A DNA stretch of 64,000 bases. Origin: Lama guanicoe (taxonomy: Eukaryota). A program made the translations under genes and the position numbers. The stretch covers positions 4,070,167-4,134,166 of the forward strand of contig MU054001.1 of assembly GCA_013239625.1 (NCBI GenBank). The letters run 5' to 3'. Under the pieces are notes generated by a model. It had not been told where the DNA came from. It saw nothing but the letters and a program-made list of their open reading frames with translations, and searched no databases. Numbering within the stretch: position 1 is the first letter of the stretch; every line of letters begins with the position of its first letter. Below are positions 11,853-24,439 of the stretch, piece by piece.

Positions 11853-12279
11853 CTAAGTGCTCGACCTGATCCACCTGCTCCCTGAAGCCCTGAACCTAAC
11901 CAGGTAGAGTCCTGATTTAGGTAGTTCTGATGTTAACCTCCACCTCTAAGATCCAGAGTCATCTTGTGTGCACACATTCATCACATGATTAATAGTGAAG
12001 CATTTTTAAGGTAACCACATAGGCAGTCAAGGAAGCACTTAGCCGCATGCCTGGCACACACTAACTCAGTAAACAGTACTGTTATTTTGATACTGCCTCC
12101 AGCAATTTTCTGCTCAACTACCAGCACTAGAGTGAACTTCAGCATTCAGAGTCTCCAGCTTTGGAGACCCTTCTGGGGGACCCCAGCAGGCTAGGAATTC
12201 CCATCCTGGCCCCCAGCTCCCACCCACCAAGCCTCCGCTCCCACTGAGAGGGCCCCCCAGAAGCTAGTCACTTCCCCTA

Positions 12280-12860
12280 GGGAGATAAAATGTTAGATCG
12301 CGATGTCCTTCTCTTCTCAGTGTTCAAAGCTACCGCCGGTCCCCACGTGGCCAGCTTGATTTGTTTCTTATCTTGAATTTTTTTTAATCGAGCAGATCCC
12401 CTCCGGTTACTTTTCCACAGCATCTTACAGCATCTTTGGAGCAAGCAACAAAAGCATTCTTTTTGGAGCCAGTCGGGGGGGCCAGGGCAGAGACACTTCA
12501 AAGGGAATGCAAAGCGGCAGCGATGTCCCTGTCATTGTCCTCCCCTGCGTGTCTGCCCCCCATTGTCCTGAGGCTGCCCTGAATAGGCAGGCACAAAGGC
12601 CACCGTTCAAAGTGGGCACCACATGCTCCATCAGAAGGCCAGCCTCTGCCTCTGCTCTGTTCCCTTCATCCTCACACACACACAGGTTTCCAGCCCAGGG
12701 AGGGGAACTGGCCTTGAAGTGAGCTTTTTTCTTCTCTCTCTCTCTCTCTGTCTCTCCCTCTCTCTTTCTCTCTCTCCTCCTAACCCAAACCTTATGATTA
12801 TATTTTGAAGTGGCCCCTATTGGCAACCTTTCCCTCTTATTTTTTCTACAGAACAAGGAC
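12280..12860. promoter_or_regulatory. Candidate enhancer with clustered TCF/LEF cores
   Basis: Repeat-free block; GTTCAAAG 12322, CTTCAAAG 12496, GTTCAAAG 12605. Confidence 0.55.
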
Positions 12861-13034
12861 GATTCACCCCATGCTGCAGGCTGCTGTAGGACCGCTGGGG
12901 CTTTCCATGGGGTGGGAGCCGGGGTGGGACTGCTTTCCCCTCTGCAAGGGAAGCAGAGGGGGAAAATCCCACTCTTGGCCCCAGGGAGTCTGAGACCTGC
13001 TGAGCTAAATGGGGATTTAGAAATAGATTATCTA

Positions 13035-13210
13035 AACTCAATTTTATAGAAAAAAGGAACTGAGGCCCAGAGATGGGAAGCAACTTGTCTATTGTTATCC
13101 TCATTTGAGGGAGAAGGAAATGGAGGCTCAGAGAGGTCAAGCAACTTGCCCAGAGTCACACAGCTGGTTAGTGGCGAGGTTGGGATTTGAACCCAGCTCT
13201 GCCAGACTCA
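13035..13210 (-). mobile_element. Two adjacent MIR fragments
   Basis: ggaactgaggcccagaga... and ggaggctcagagaggtcaagcaacttgcccagagtcacacagct...gggatttgaaccca. Confidence 0.8.
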
Positions 13211-13494
13211 GTGGGACACTGAGCAACATTTGTCCTGTGGTCTTGTGTTTCTCTTCGTAGACACACTGTGTGCAGTGTCTCCATGCAATGGCTGGGATTA
13301 GGTTCTTTGGGCGATGAGGGGGAGGGTGAGAGAATCACCTCCTTGAATCAGGTCAGTGAATCTGGATTGAGGAGCTTAGTGATGTTCTCCGCCCCGAGGG
13401 GAGCAAGCAGGGCAGACTCCACCTTCCAACGGCTCAGGGTCCACAGGAAAGGTAGGAGGTGCTTATGTGGAAGCAGTCTGGCCACGTGACAACA

Positions 13495-13670
13495 ATGGAG
13501 TCCTCAGAGTCAGCCAGGACCTGGGTTCAAATCCTGCCTCTGCTACCAAGCTGTGTGACCTTGGGCAATCATTTGCAAGATGGGAGTGGTGGTGTCCAGC
13601 CTGCATGAAAAGGGGCTCAGGCAGCACCCGGCACACAGTCGGTGCTCAAAGAGTGGTGTAGTTGTCGTTA
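13495..13670 (+). mobile_element. MIR SINE
   Basis: cctgggttcaaatcctgcctctgctaccaagctgtgtgaccttgggcaa. Confidence 0.8.
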
Positions 13671-14485
13671 TTTTATAAAAATCAGGGAACTGGACGAGGA
13701 AGCAAGAGCTCTATTTGAGGCCTGAGTGTCAGCCCGGTGGGGCAGTTAGAAGACCAGTCAGGGGGTGTTGCTGGGTTAGAGGGGTGAGGGCAGAACTGGG
13801 ACCTCAGGGGGTAGGAGAGGGCAGGGAGAGGGGAGACGGATGACAGCAAGAACAGGGTTAAGCAGACCTGGCCTTGGGGCTGGCTTTAGGGATGATTCCA
13901 GAAAGAACCCAGACCCTCAGGAGAGACGGGACAGGGCTGAGAGGAGGCCTGCAGGCCACCAAGGGCCTCAGGCCTGGACACCAGACCTAGCTCAACCCAC
14001 TGGCTTTCTGCATAACCAAGGGGCATTCTCAGCTCCCCTGACCTATGAAATGAAGGCGATGATCTAGTTACAGCAAGAGACTTGCACCTGGGTTCCAAAG
14101 AGGTGGGGGCAAGGGCAGTAGAGGGCCTGCCCAGGGGGACAAGGCTCCAGGCCCCCATCCCATCGTTGCACGCAGATTAGGCCCCCACTTAAGGTTGCCT
14201 TGGAACACAGGTGAGATGCCATTAAAAAACCAAGTTCGAACAACAGTCACAGACTTGATTAAACACGAAGGTACTGAGCATCAGCTGAGTGCCAGATTTT
14301 GGCAAAGAATAAGGCGGTCCCTGACCTCAAGGAGCTTAGAGTCTAGTGGGGCAACAAACACAGAGAGGAACTTGCAAGGAATTGGAGTGACAGAAGTTTA
14401 CCCAGAGCCTGGAAAGATCTGGGACTGTGGACTGAAGCTTCAGGGAGCCTCTGGTGTATTGAGCTGATCTCTCTCCCTCTCTCTT

Positions 14486-14492
14486 ACACACA

Positions 14493-14526
<34 letters not shown>
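14486..14526. repeat. (CA)n microsatellite
   Basis: Direct. Confidence 0.95.
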
Positions 14527-14528
<2 letters not shown>

Positions 14529-14714
14529 CTGAAGCAATCCCTAAGATGCCCATCAGCCCCAGAACCCAGTCACACCCACCTGCCCGTGGTTAGAACCCAT
14601 AAAATGATCTTCCATGTGCAGAGATGGGAAAGTCCATACTTGGCACAAACCAGGGTCATTTCTATGGAGCTCTGACCAAGTTCTGAAAACTGAAAAATAT
14701 CAGTAAAAATAGTA

Positions 14715-14930
14715 AAACCAGCTAATGTTTTCTGGGTATTTCCTGTGTGCCCGGCACTATATTAGACACCATCTCTTCCTCATTTAACCCTCATATCAAC
14801 CCTAGGAGATGCAGACAGGTATTATGGCCATGGTACAGATGAAGAAAAAGGTTAACATCACTCTGCCTGGGTCAGACTGTACCCAGGCAGCCCTGCTCAC
14901 TGGCTGGGCTCTAACCACTGCACATTATGC
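14715..14930 (-). mobile_element. MIR SINE
   Basis: gctaatgttttctgggtatttcctgtgtgcccggcact...ctcatttaaccctcatatcaaccctaggag...tacagatgaagaaa. Confidence 0.7.
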
Positions 14931-15039
14931 CCTTTGGTCCAGGTTTCTGAAGGAGACAAGACACCACTAATTAATTTAAGAGGTGCACAGAAAGAAATTC
15001 GGACTTAGAATGAGCTGCCCTTACTTTTGCTCCACGGCC

Positions 15040-15800
15040 TCCTGACTACGGGGTTAGTTCCTGATGGGAATTCCATCTCCGTGTTAAGACGCACAACCTT
15101 GCTTAATCTCATTCCCCAAGACGCATCGGCCTAATGAAATCATCTTTCTATAAATTAACGTGTCGAGGAAACAGCTGAGTGTAAACAGTTGTAGCATCCC
15201 CTGTTTAGGCACCATTGACTTTCAAATCAGCTTGCTTCTCCAGCCCGCCTGGCAGAAATAGAGTCAAAATGCAAATGTAGCACAAACGACTCTATAATAA
15301 ATGCTCATTCAACATTTATTCTTTCTCAAATCATCTCTTAAAGCCCTTTCATGCTAATGTCTAGGAGATGTGACATTAGAAAAATTGCTTTGACATGCTA
15401 AGGGGCTCCAAGATTAACCAAGAAAGAAAGGACAAGATAAAGCTTTCGGAAGACCTATTTCAGAGGAATTATTCCTGCCTTTGAAAGTGTTCCAAGGTTG
15501 CTGCACATTTCAGCTTGTTGGCATACATGTAAATGAAGTGCTACAAAAGTCCTCGGCTAAATTCCACTTGAATGAAAGCTCCCCACTGCCGGCACAGTGA
15601 CAGGGAGGGCAGCCAGACTTCACAACAAACCCTGAAGGGGGCCAGAGGGAGCTTTCTTGTCCTCAAGGCAGAAGGGGGCAGGCTCCAGCCCCAAGCTAAA
15701 AAATATCGGGGTCCAGCACGGTCGGTATGGCCAGCTCCTCACTGCCCTGTTGAAGAGGCGACCATATGCATCTTTTATGACAAATGATTCAACCCACCAG
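15040..15800. promoter_or_regulatory. Candidate conserved enhancer (POU/FOX/homeobox motifs)
   Basis: Repeat-free; GTAAACA 15181, ATGCAAAT 15269, ATGCTAAT 15351, ATGTAAAT 15527. Confidence 0.5.
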
Positions 15801-16410
15801 CCTTGCCTCCACCTCATGTTACTTGAGTGGGTTCTCTAAACAATCCGGGCCGCTCTTAGATGGATGTAACAAGAGAAGCCATTCAGAGGAGGCAGTGACA
15901 TAACTCACAGAGAGTGCTCTGTGAAGTGCCTGACACTTAGCAAGTGCTCAAGAAATTGTTCGTGGTTGATGCTGTTAATATGACTTGCTCTCACAAAGCC
16001 CTGCTGAAGTGCAGGTGGGAGGCAGGAGGAAGAGCAGGGAAGAAGAAGGGATGTCACAGAAGAAGTCACCAAGACCCGGAGAGGCTCAGTGACTCTTCCA
16101 GGGTCCCCCAGAGTGATGGGGTAACGGCCAAGTCTGCCCACGGTTCGTCCCGCTGCCCCCCGCCCCAGCCCAGCTTGGGCTCATCCTTCCCGAGAGGCCC
16201 TCACACTCGCCACATTTCATCCTGTAAAGTCAAGGCATAGGCTCTTCCGTACAGTTCCATCCAAGGACTCGTTTTTGAATTAAGGGCCCATGTGACATTC
16301 TGGGACACCACATTTCAGAGCAAGTTGGATGTGCTGTGAACATCATTCTTAGTTACTGGGGTGTCTTAGAGTTTTCTGTAGAGGAAGGGAAGGAGCTTGC
16401 ACTGAGCCTC

Positions 16411-17349
16411 TACTTTAGGCTGAATGGTGTCCCCGCTAAATTAGTGTGCTGAAGTCTTAACACTGATACCTCAGAATGTGACTGTATTGGGAGGCAGGGC
16501 CTTTAAAGATGTGATTAAGTGAAAACGAGGTCATTAGGGTGGTCCCTAATCCATCTGACAGTGTTCTTATAAGAAGAGGATATCTGGACAGAAACATATG
16601 CAGAGAGAAGACTTGTGAAAACGCAGGGAGAAGGCGGCCGTCTGCAAGCCGAGGAGCGAGACCTCAGATGAAACCAACCCTGCTGAGACCTTGATCTCAG
16701 ACTTCCAGCCTCCACAACTGTGAAAGAATACACTTCTTCTGTTTAAACACCCAGTCTGTAGTCCTTTGTTATGGGTTGCAGGAAAGTGTGTTACAGCTCA
16801 GTGTTACAGCTCAGTTGTGACAGCAGTCAGATCCCGGTGAGACACCAGGCAGCACTCGGAGAGTTGGAGAACTCAGGTTTATCATGCCAGAGGGCCCAGG
16901 GGAGTTAACACTCCAAGCTCTGGACCCCATCTGTACGTTTACATAGGCTTTTATAGGCTGCCAGTTTACACTTTGCAACATCATATGCAAATACAGTATA
17001 ACAAAAGTTGACTAATTAGGAACAAGCTTTGTAGAAACGGACAGATCAGGAGGGAGAGAAATAACCAGTCAGGAGTGAGGGAAATGGACCAATCAGCAGT
17101 GAGAGAAATAACCATCAGGAGTGAGTTCCATGCAAATGAAGTACTACAAATGGACCAATCAGGAGTTGCTTAGGGAACCAATAGAATTTTAGGGGTAAGT
17201 TCCACTTTCCTAGAAGTAAGCCGTTTCAGAGGCAAAAAGTGAGATAGAGTTGCTGGGCCAGGGAACCGGATGGTGCTGGCAGGAGAGTCCTGCTGGTCTT
17301 TTTTATGGGGCTTCCCCCCTCAATGGCAGCCCTAGTAGGCTTGTATATA
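16411..17349 (+). mobile_element. MLT1B-like MaLR LTR, split by a younger LTR
   Basis: cctcagaatgtgactgtatt...gggcctttaaagatgtgattaag...ccttgatctcagacttccagcctcca...tttgttatgg|cagccctag. Confidence 0.9.
16775..17322 (-). mobile_element. Younger ERV1-class solo LTR
   Basis: 4-bp TSD ATGG (16771-16774, 17323-17326); minus strand starts TGAGGGGG; TATAAAA on minus near 16950; tandem CCAAT-containing U3 units. Confidence 0.8.
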
Positions 17350-19244
17350 GCATCTTCTAAACAGGTTGTATCTTTAATGTTGCTGACAGCTCATTGATAT
17401 TAATATGATTCTCATTTTAAACATTTCTGCAGTAGTCCAGGTGGATGAACTGCTCGAATCATCCTAAAACTTCAGCAGCTCACTGCAAGAAAAGGGTATT
17501 TCCTACTCACAGGGTAGTCCGATGGGGCCATCTGTGGGTGGCGCCCTCCTGGGCATCTCTCCTTCCATGGTGATGGGGGTCAGTTTCCTTCCATCTTTAG
17601 TGGCAGGTGGATGAGAATGAATCACACCCGGGAGGGTTTAGGGAGAAGCTTGAGGTGAGGACATCACTTCTGTCCATATGCCATCACCAGAACTCAGTCC
17701 TATGGGTGCTCCCAACCACCAAGGAGGTGGGGAAGCGTGGGCGAGCTGAATTCCCAGGAGGAAAAAGGAAACTGTTTAGAAGAGCTAACAAGTCTCTGCT
17801 ACCAGAGAACAGACTCAGAGAGATTTAGAAGAAACAGAGCAAGTGAGCTATGGAACTAGCCCTGCGACCTGCTCATCAGAGAGATACCTCATCACTTCAC
17901 CACCATCACCCTTAAGTAGTCCTCAGCGATAAAAACAGGCTTTCACTGAGCACCTACTATGTATTGAATGCTGCTGACACTGAGACTCCAAGCTGCGTAG
18001 GACTCAAGCATGCTGTCTCTTTGGGGAAACAAGCTACATGCTGGGAAAGAGAACAGGAACCAGACCCAGCCCTGCTTGGGACAAAGCGAGTGATGGTCAA
18101 ACTCCCAGAAGCCTCTGGGAAGTTAGAGCCGGAAGTGTTCACTGAAGGAGGAGGCGCGGATCCGTGCAGGAGGAGGAGTCCAGAAAATGGAGAGAATAAG
18201 GTTGGGCATTCCACAGAGGGAAGGTAATGTGTGAGGGCAGAAATCCCAGGGGCCCCCTCTGAAGAAGGTTTGTGGGGTGAGAGTAAGGCTGGTGAGGTGG
18301 GAAATGCCAGGTGGCCAGGGCTTTGAAGTTCAGGGCTAAGTTGTGAGGAGCAGTGGAGAGGTTTGGGGCAGGAGTGTAGATGATGCCGTTCCTGCCCTGC
18401 CCATAATGCTGGGTCTTTCTGACCACCAGCACCCACATCTCTTTGCCTGAAGGTTTTTTCTGATGGCCAGAGTCCCACACGTCCACTCCACCCACAGGAC
18501 AGCAGTGCTGGAAAATTAACACCACCCACTCAAGCTCTGTCAGAGGGGAATTGCAGTGTAAATACCCCAGCTCCTCATGCTTGGGGAGGTAGGGTTTCTC
18601 AGCGGTGCATGGTCTACACTGGCTCCCAGGGCTCCTCAGGGCTGCCTTCCCTCTCTCATCTCACTATCCTGCCCCTTTGCTGATGTTTCCCGGGATTGCC
18701 TTCCAGAAAAACTGCCGGCAACCAGACTTACAGGGGTATCACATGATTCTGTCATAGCCACAATAGAAGTTGCTGGCAGGTATCCAGCAGGTAACAACCT
18801 CCTGACCTCATCCCTCAACACAGGAGCCCAAGGTGGCTGCAGATACATGGTTGGGGGAGGGGACGCCGAGACTTTATTTTTTTATGCTCATAAGCCAGAA
18901 GCTTTACTGATGCAGCAGGCACTTTACAATGAACCCAAGAGAGCCTCCCTTCTCTGGCAGGATGGGATGTCTGTACAAGCTCTCAGGGGGTTCCCACTTC
19001 AAAAAAAAAACAAAAAAACAAAGCTCTCCCTTTTACCACAGCCTTTGGATCTGCACCTGCTCAAGTCATCCCTCCCCCACTTTAAACAGTGCGCACAGGT
19101 ACACCTGACCAACACTGGCCAACCACTCTAGTGGGCAGTCACAATATCAGAGGGAGCCCTGGGACCTTTCCAGCTTCTTGCCTGCTCATCTGCTCAGTGT
19201 TACCTGCCCCCAAGTCTCCCAGAGGAAGTCACCATGACTTGGTA

Positions 19245-19259
19245 CCTCTAGGGGGCGCC
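19245..19259 (+). promoter_or_regulatory. CTCF-like motif
   Basis: CCTCTAGGGGGCGCC matches the CTCF core. Confidence 0.6.
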
Positions 19260-20017
19260 CACTTGGTCTCTCCAGCCTGGCTCCTGCCATCTATCCAGTA
19301 GCTTCTAGAGGCCCTGGGGTCAACCATCTCCACAGCCTTCTCTCCTCCCAATCCAGGCCCCTGGAGCATCTTGAGACTCTTCCCACCTCTCTCCTACAAG
19401 ATTCTCCAAACATTCAAGTGTGTGCCAGCACACACGTCCCATGCAAAGTCTTAGATCTGCCAGGGGTCTCATCTGGGAAAGACCTATCAGCCAACCCTTT
19501 AAGGCCTTCCTGGAGTTTTCATTACCCCCGACCCTCAGTCACCTTGAGCTGGCCCAACCTGAGACAGTCACCCTCCCCAGATAGGGCCAGCCCTTTTCTA
19601 GGCTTGGGATGGGTGGTGACATGGGAGGGGGACAGCTTGATATGGGCTGGGGCCGGTGGGAGGCGGGCATGAGCACATATAGCATCAGAGGAACACTTTC
19701 CGCTTCCCAATATAGATACTGTGACAGTCAAAATCAGATCAAAAACTGTCCAAGGCATGTGGAATCAGCTAGTAAACTGTGAGTCCCAAGCCACAGTTCT
19801 GTTTTACAGTGGGAAAATTGCAAGTGATTTATCAAGAGGAGAAATCACATTTTTTTATTAAAAAAATAAGTTATGTGCCCAGGTGGAGTTGGCTAGATTC
19901 ACCAGTGACCCAGGACTGGGAAATACGACAGAGCCCTCTTGCTTTGGGACTGTGAGGGAATAGTTCCTGTGGATTAAACCCCTCATCTTGTAATCTTTTT
20001 CATTCTGTTACATCTAT

Positions 20018-20450
20018 TGTCTTAGGCAGGACTTCACAGAAGCAGACCCTGAGACCAGGATTTGAAACAGGGGGTTCATCTGAGCATCCTAGGAAGTCCC
20101 AGTGAGGGTGGGGGGATGGGAGACAGAGGGGGAGGAAGTGATCAGGGGCATAATGAGCAGGTCACCACTGTGGCAGCCGAGCCCACTCCCCCTGGGGACT
20201 GCAGGGACAACTCCCCAGGAGTCCCACCAAATGGGCGAGACAACTGTCACTCATTGGCTGAAATCTGAGCCCAGAGATGTTGACTCCCCCTCACTTTCAT
20301 GGGGGAAATCTCAGCGGCCAGAGGACACACCCAGAAAGAGCCACAGATGTTGCCACAGGGTCTGCCTGAAGAGAAGCATTGGGAGCAGGGGTGGGGGGTG
20401 CAATTTGGAACTGAGCCTCAGACACCTCTGTTATACCTGTGGGGAGAAGG
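20018..20450 (-). mobile_element. Ancient ERVL-type LTR (LTR16/33-like)
   Basis: tgtcttaggcaggacttcacagaagcagaccctgagaccaggatttga is the reverse LTR terminus. Confidence 0.7.
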
Positions 20451-23133
20451 CAGGCTGCTGTGCTCCCTACAGGTCCACCCAGCTTTGTAACTGCTTCCCA
20501 TGTCCCCAGCACACAGGGAGTGTTGTACAAACTTTTTACTGTTACCACGTAAAAGCTGAGGGAGCAGCAAGAGACCACCCTCTGGAATAAAAGCTCAATT
20601 CTGCAGAGTTGGGCTTAGGGAAAGGGTTGGATTGATGGTGGCTAGGGAGGGAACAAAGAATCATGCACTGTCTGAAACAGAAGTAACCTAAGGGATCAGG
20701 ACCAGACCAGGAGGCGCGGGCCCCTCAGGCAGGCCAACAGAATGTAAATATTTATCTGCTCTTGACTTAGCAGAGAAGCAGCACTGCCTCTGCCATCCCT
20801 CCAAGCAATTCAGCTCTGGCCCTGAACTTGCACCCCTATTCAGTCAGACAAAACCCTAAAGTTAACAGGACTGTTCGGCTTAGAGGTCAATTTGGGGACC
20901 ATCACTTGTTACTCAAGCCTGCTCCTTACGGGGTCTTACTCCCACCCCCCACTGGCTTATCAGAGAATTTCTTTCACGATATTCAGTAAACTCCCAGATA
21001 GTGGGGCTTACCAAATGCAGCTTCTCCCATCTTGCTTCATTTCCAGTGACTCCCCTCCCTACCCTCTGCCACTTCAGCAAGCCCTGTTAGGAATCATCTA
21101 GTCTTCATTTTATGATAGAGGAAACAAAGATCCAGACAGGTTAATAATTTGTCTAAGGCCCCACAGTAGGTTAGAGGCAGGCTAGGCTTCTTCACTCTCC
21201 ACCCAGGACTCCTACCAAAGGACACATTCAATGCCCTACACCTGGCTGGGAGCTTTCCTCCTCCAGGGCCCCAGAACCAGGGATTGGGAGCTCTGGTGGA
21301 GGAGACTAAGGGTGGGTACCAGATTCTGAGGCTGGGGCCCGCACGGCCAACCTCCAGCACTCCTGCCCATCCCACCACCAACCCCACTAATACATATTTT
21401 ATGGGGCCCTTCTCCCTCCCTCACAAACGGTGTCATTAATCTGCTCCCTGGCTGTGTGGAATAACATCCCTCAAGAACAGACCGCTTTCTGAATATTTTA
21501 TCATTCCTCATTCCTTCTCCCCAAACTAATATATATTTACACAGTCTACCTCCTGCAGGAGAACTATATTGTTTTCTCTCAGTGCCCAAGAACTTACACA
21601 CAGAATCGTGCATAAGTAAAAAAATATATGCCTTGCTCTTGATCTTGAAAGCAAGAACCAATCATTTATCAAGCTGTGAGGGAAGCCAGGAGGAAGATTT
21701 GCATATAGTAAGAAAAAAAGAAAAGGAATGAAACATACCCCACCCCCTAGAGGGACCCAATGAAAGAAGGCGGGCATCCTCTGGCTAACAGGGATCCTCA
21801 GTTTCCATGCCATCCTTCCTGCATTTGGTAGGTCTCAGCGGTGGGGAGAGCAAAGAGCTATTTTGTCAGCAAGGTCAAAAACTTCCTACTCGGAGATCCA
21901 AACCGAAGAAACCAAAGTTCTTGCAAAGTTTTACAGCACCATTTTTATCAGCATGGAATATTTATTAGAAGGAGGATTTGAACGTTTGTGTGGCCCTTCT
22001 GTTTCCTTGCTTATTATTCCGTTTTGATCTAGAAAAAACAGTTTGTGAGATGGAAAGGTAGAGATGGTGACCCCATTTACAAATGAGGGAAGACAGACCT
22101 AGAGAGGGTAACATACTGGTGTGCAGGTAAAAGGGTTAAGGGGGAAAAAAAGCTATTTAACAGTTTTTTCCAAAGTCTGTTTTAAAGAGAAAATTTTGCT
22201 TAGAAACATATCTTGCCAGGGCACTTTGCATGTGAAGCTGGGACCTTGGCATGCATGCACAGAAGACGATGATAAACTCAGTTGCTCTGCATAAAGGTTT
22301 GGAAAGGGATCAGGGATGAGCTGGAGAAAAAGAAGAAGGGCTGGTGTGGCAGGAGCCCACATAGAGTGAAGAAATTCTATGGGGGCCACAGCTAAGGGAC
22401 TTTTCCAGATAAGGATGACTAATATTGATTTTAACTTGCCACCTCCTGTAAGGTAGCCTTCCTCATCTTGAAGCTGCCAACCAGCAAAGTCAGCCATGCA
22501 AAGGAATAACTTGTGTGAGTGGCATTTCGGGGGATGTGGGGAAAGAGTTAGGGTCCACTTCGGGGCTAGCACAGGACCAAGAAAAGAAAGAGTCACAGGG
22601 GAGAGGGGCCAGTGAGAAGAAAGGTTGGGGAGCAGGGAGTCAGAACCAGAAGTGGAAAGCACGGGTACTTAGAAATTTGCAGGAATCTCAAGAGGTCGTG
22701 GTTGCCCATCCACCCCCACTCCCAGATATGAATCTGGATTGGAGTCTACATTATGCAAGTCTTATAAATGGGGTGCCCTCTGCTGTCATGTGGGTTACAC
22801 GGGGAGGAATAAAGCAGAGTCTCAGAAGGAGCTTACAGTTGACGGTTTAAAGACAGAGGCAGGTGCAAGGCCAGGAGATATCACATGAGGGGACTTGGCC
22901 AAGGACTCGGAGCCATTCAGAAGTAGAGGGTAGACACAGTTCCCAGACTCCCCAGGCAGCGCTCCTGCCCTCACTCACCTCTCTCCCTCCCCAGTGGAGG
23001 GTAAGCAGGTGGCTCTTCCTTCCCCTGCCTGGGTCCTTCCCCTGCCTTTGCCCTTGTAAGCTTTTTGCATCTAAAGTCTTTTGTGAATTATTACAAACTT
23101 TGGAATTTGCAGTTGTAAACAATTATATGTGTG

Positions 23134-23315
23134 TAAAATAGATAAACAACAAGGTCCTACTGTAGAGCACAGGGAACTATATTCAGTATCTTGTAATGGC
23201 CTATAATGAAAAAGAATATGGAAAGGAATATACATGTATAACTGAATCACGATGCACCACACCAGAAACTAACACAACTGTATTGACTATACTTCAATTA
23301 AAAAATAACATAAAA
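23134..23315 (+). mobile_element. 5'-truncated cetartiodactyl-type L1 3' end
   Basis: aaaatagataaacaacaaggtcctactgtagagcacagggaactatattcag...actatacttcaattaaaaa. Confidence 0.9.
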
Positions 23316-23749
23316 ATTATTATTATCTGAATAATTATTTTATTATCAGTGAATCCCACACTAAATAAGTCAGGACACCTGCTTTCCAGGCCCAGCTTTT
23401 CGATCAATCAGCCTCGCAGTGAACAATAAGGCTTCTGCCCCTGTCCACCTCAAAGTGGTCCTGGCCTCCTCTGACCTGCTGACCTCTCTTTCCTGGTGAG
23501 TCTGTGGCTTTAGCGACAGTCATAGCTCTTGCAGGAGCACCTGGTCAATGTCCCAGAGCTTTGACCACATGGAATGAAGTCCCCCCTCCGGGAGCTCTCC
23601 CTCTTCCACCGGCCTAAGCCACATGGCAGGATCCTCCCAAATTGTCTCTGGGGTCTGTGGGAGCAGACAGCAACCACAGACCCACCACCAAAGGGACGGA
23701 TGGGAGACACTGCACAGATGCAAGTTGTCCTCATTATTACAAAAATCAT

Positions 23750-23975
23750 CACAACAGGTGACCTCTGTTAAGCAATTATTCTGCACCAGGCTGGAGGTGT
23801 CCTCATTTGATCCTCACAGTGAGAATGAAATTAATGAGGGTAGTTACCATCATTATCCCCACTTTATGAATGAAGAGCTGGAGTCTCAGAGAGGTTAACT
23901 GGCTGTCCAAGGTCCCATCACCGACCAGAGCTGGGATTTACACCCTAACTGTCCGACTGCAGATCTCTCCTGCTC
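23750..23975 (-). mobile_element. MIR SINE
   Basis: cattatccccactttatgaatgaagagctggagtctcagagaggttaactggctgtccaaggtc. Confidence 0.75.
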
Positions 23976-24439
23976 TTCAACACATTGAGTTATAAACGCT
24001 TCCTGGGGTCTTTCTCCTGCAAGAGCACAATAAACATGGGCTGGGCTCCCTTGGCCTGAAGTGAGTCCGTCTACTAGGGACAGGATCCCTATCATCTCGC
24101 AGGGTGAAGGCAGTACGGCTCCAGATGGAAAGGCAGGTTTGTGGATGGGACGAAAGGAGGAGCAGGTCCCAGCAGTTAGGCCAGGATACCGGCTGGATTG
24201 GCTTCCTGGTTTTCTGAAGCTGAGGTCAGCATGAAGAGGCTGGTGCATGAGGGATGAGGAGGGAGAGGAACAGGCTGGAGAAGAAGCAGGCAGATCCGGT
24301 GAGGAGTGCCAGCCGCTGCCCTCCCCCGCCCCCCCCATGGCCTGTGTGGACCAGGATGCGGGGGCCCCTTCACACACCATCCAAGTTATCCAGGCGAGGA
24401 GGCCGCAGGGGCCCAGGAGGTCTGTGATGTCTGGGGGTT

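Noticed and set aside
17039..17185. Regularly spaced ~23-bp repeats resembling a CRISPR-like array
   Set aside because: Degenerate tandem units without unique spacers inside a retroviral U3; mammalian context with no cas genes.
17957..19131. 190-aa and 184-aa ORFs
   Set aside because: They overlap probable L2/LTR relics and non-coding sequence; no recognisable homology.
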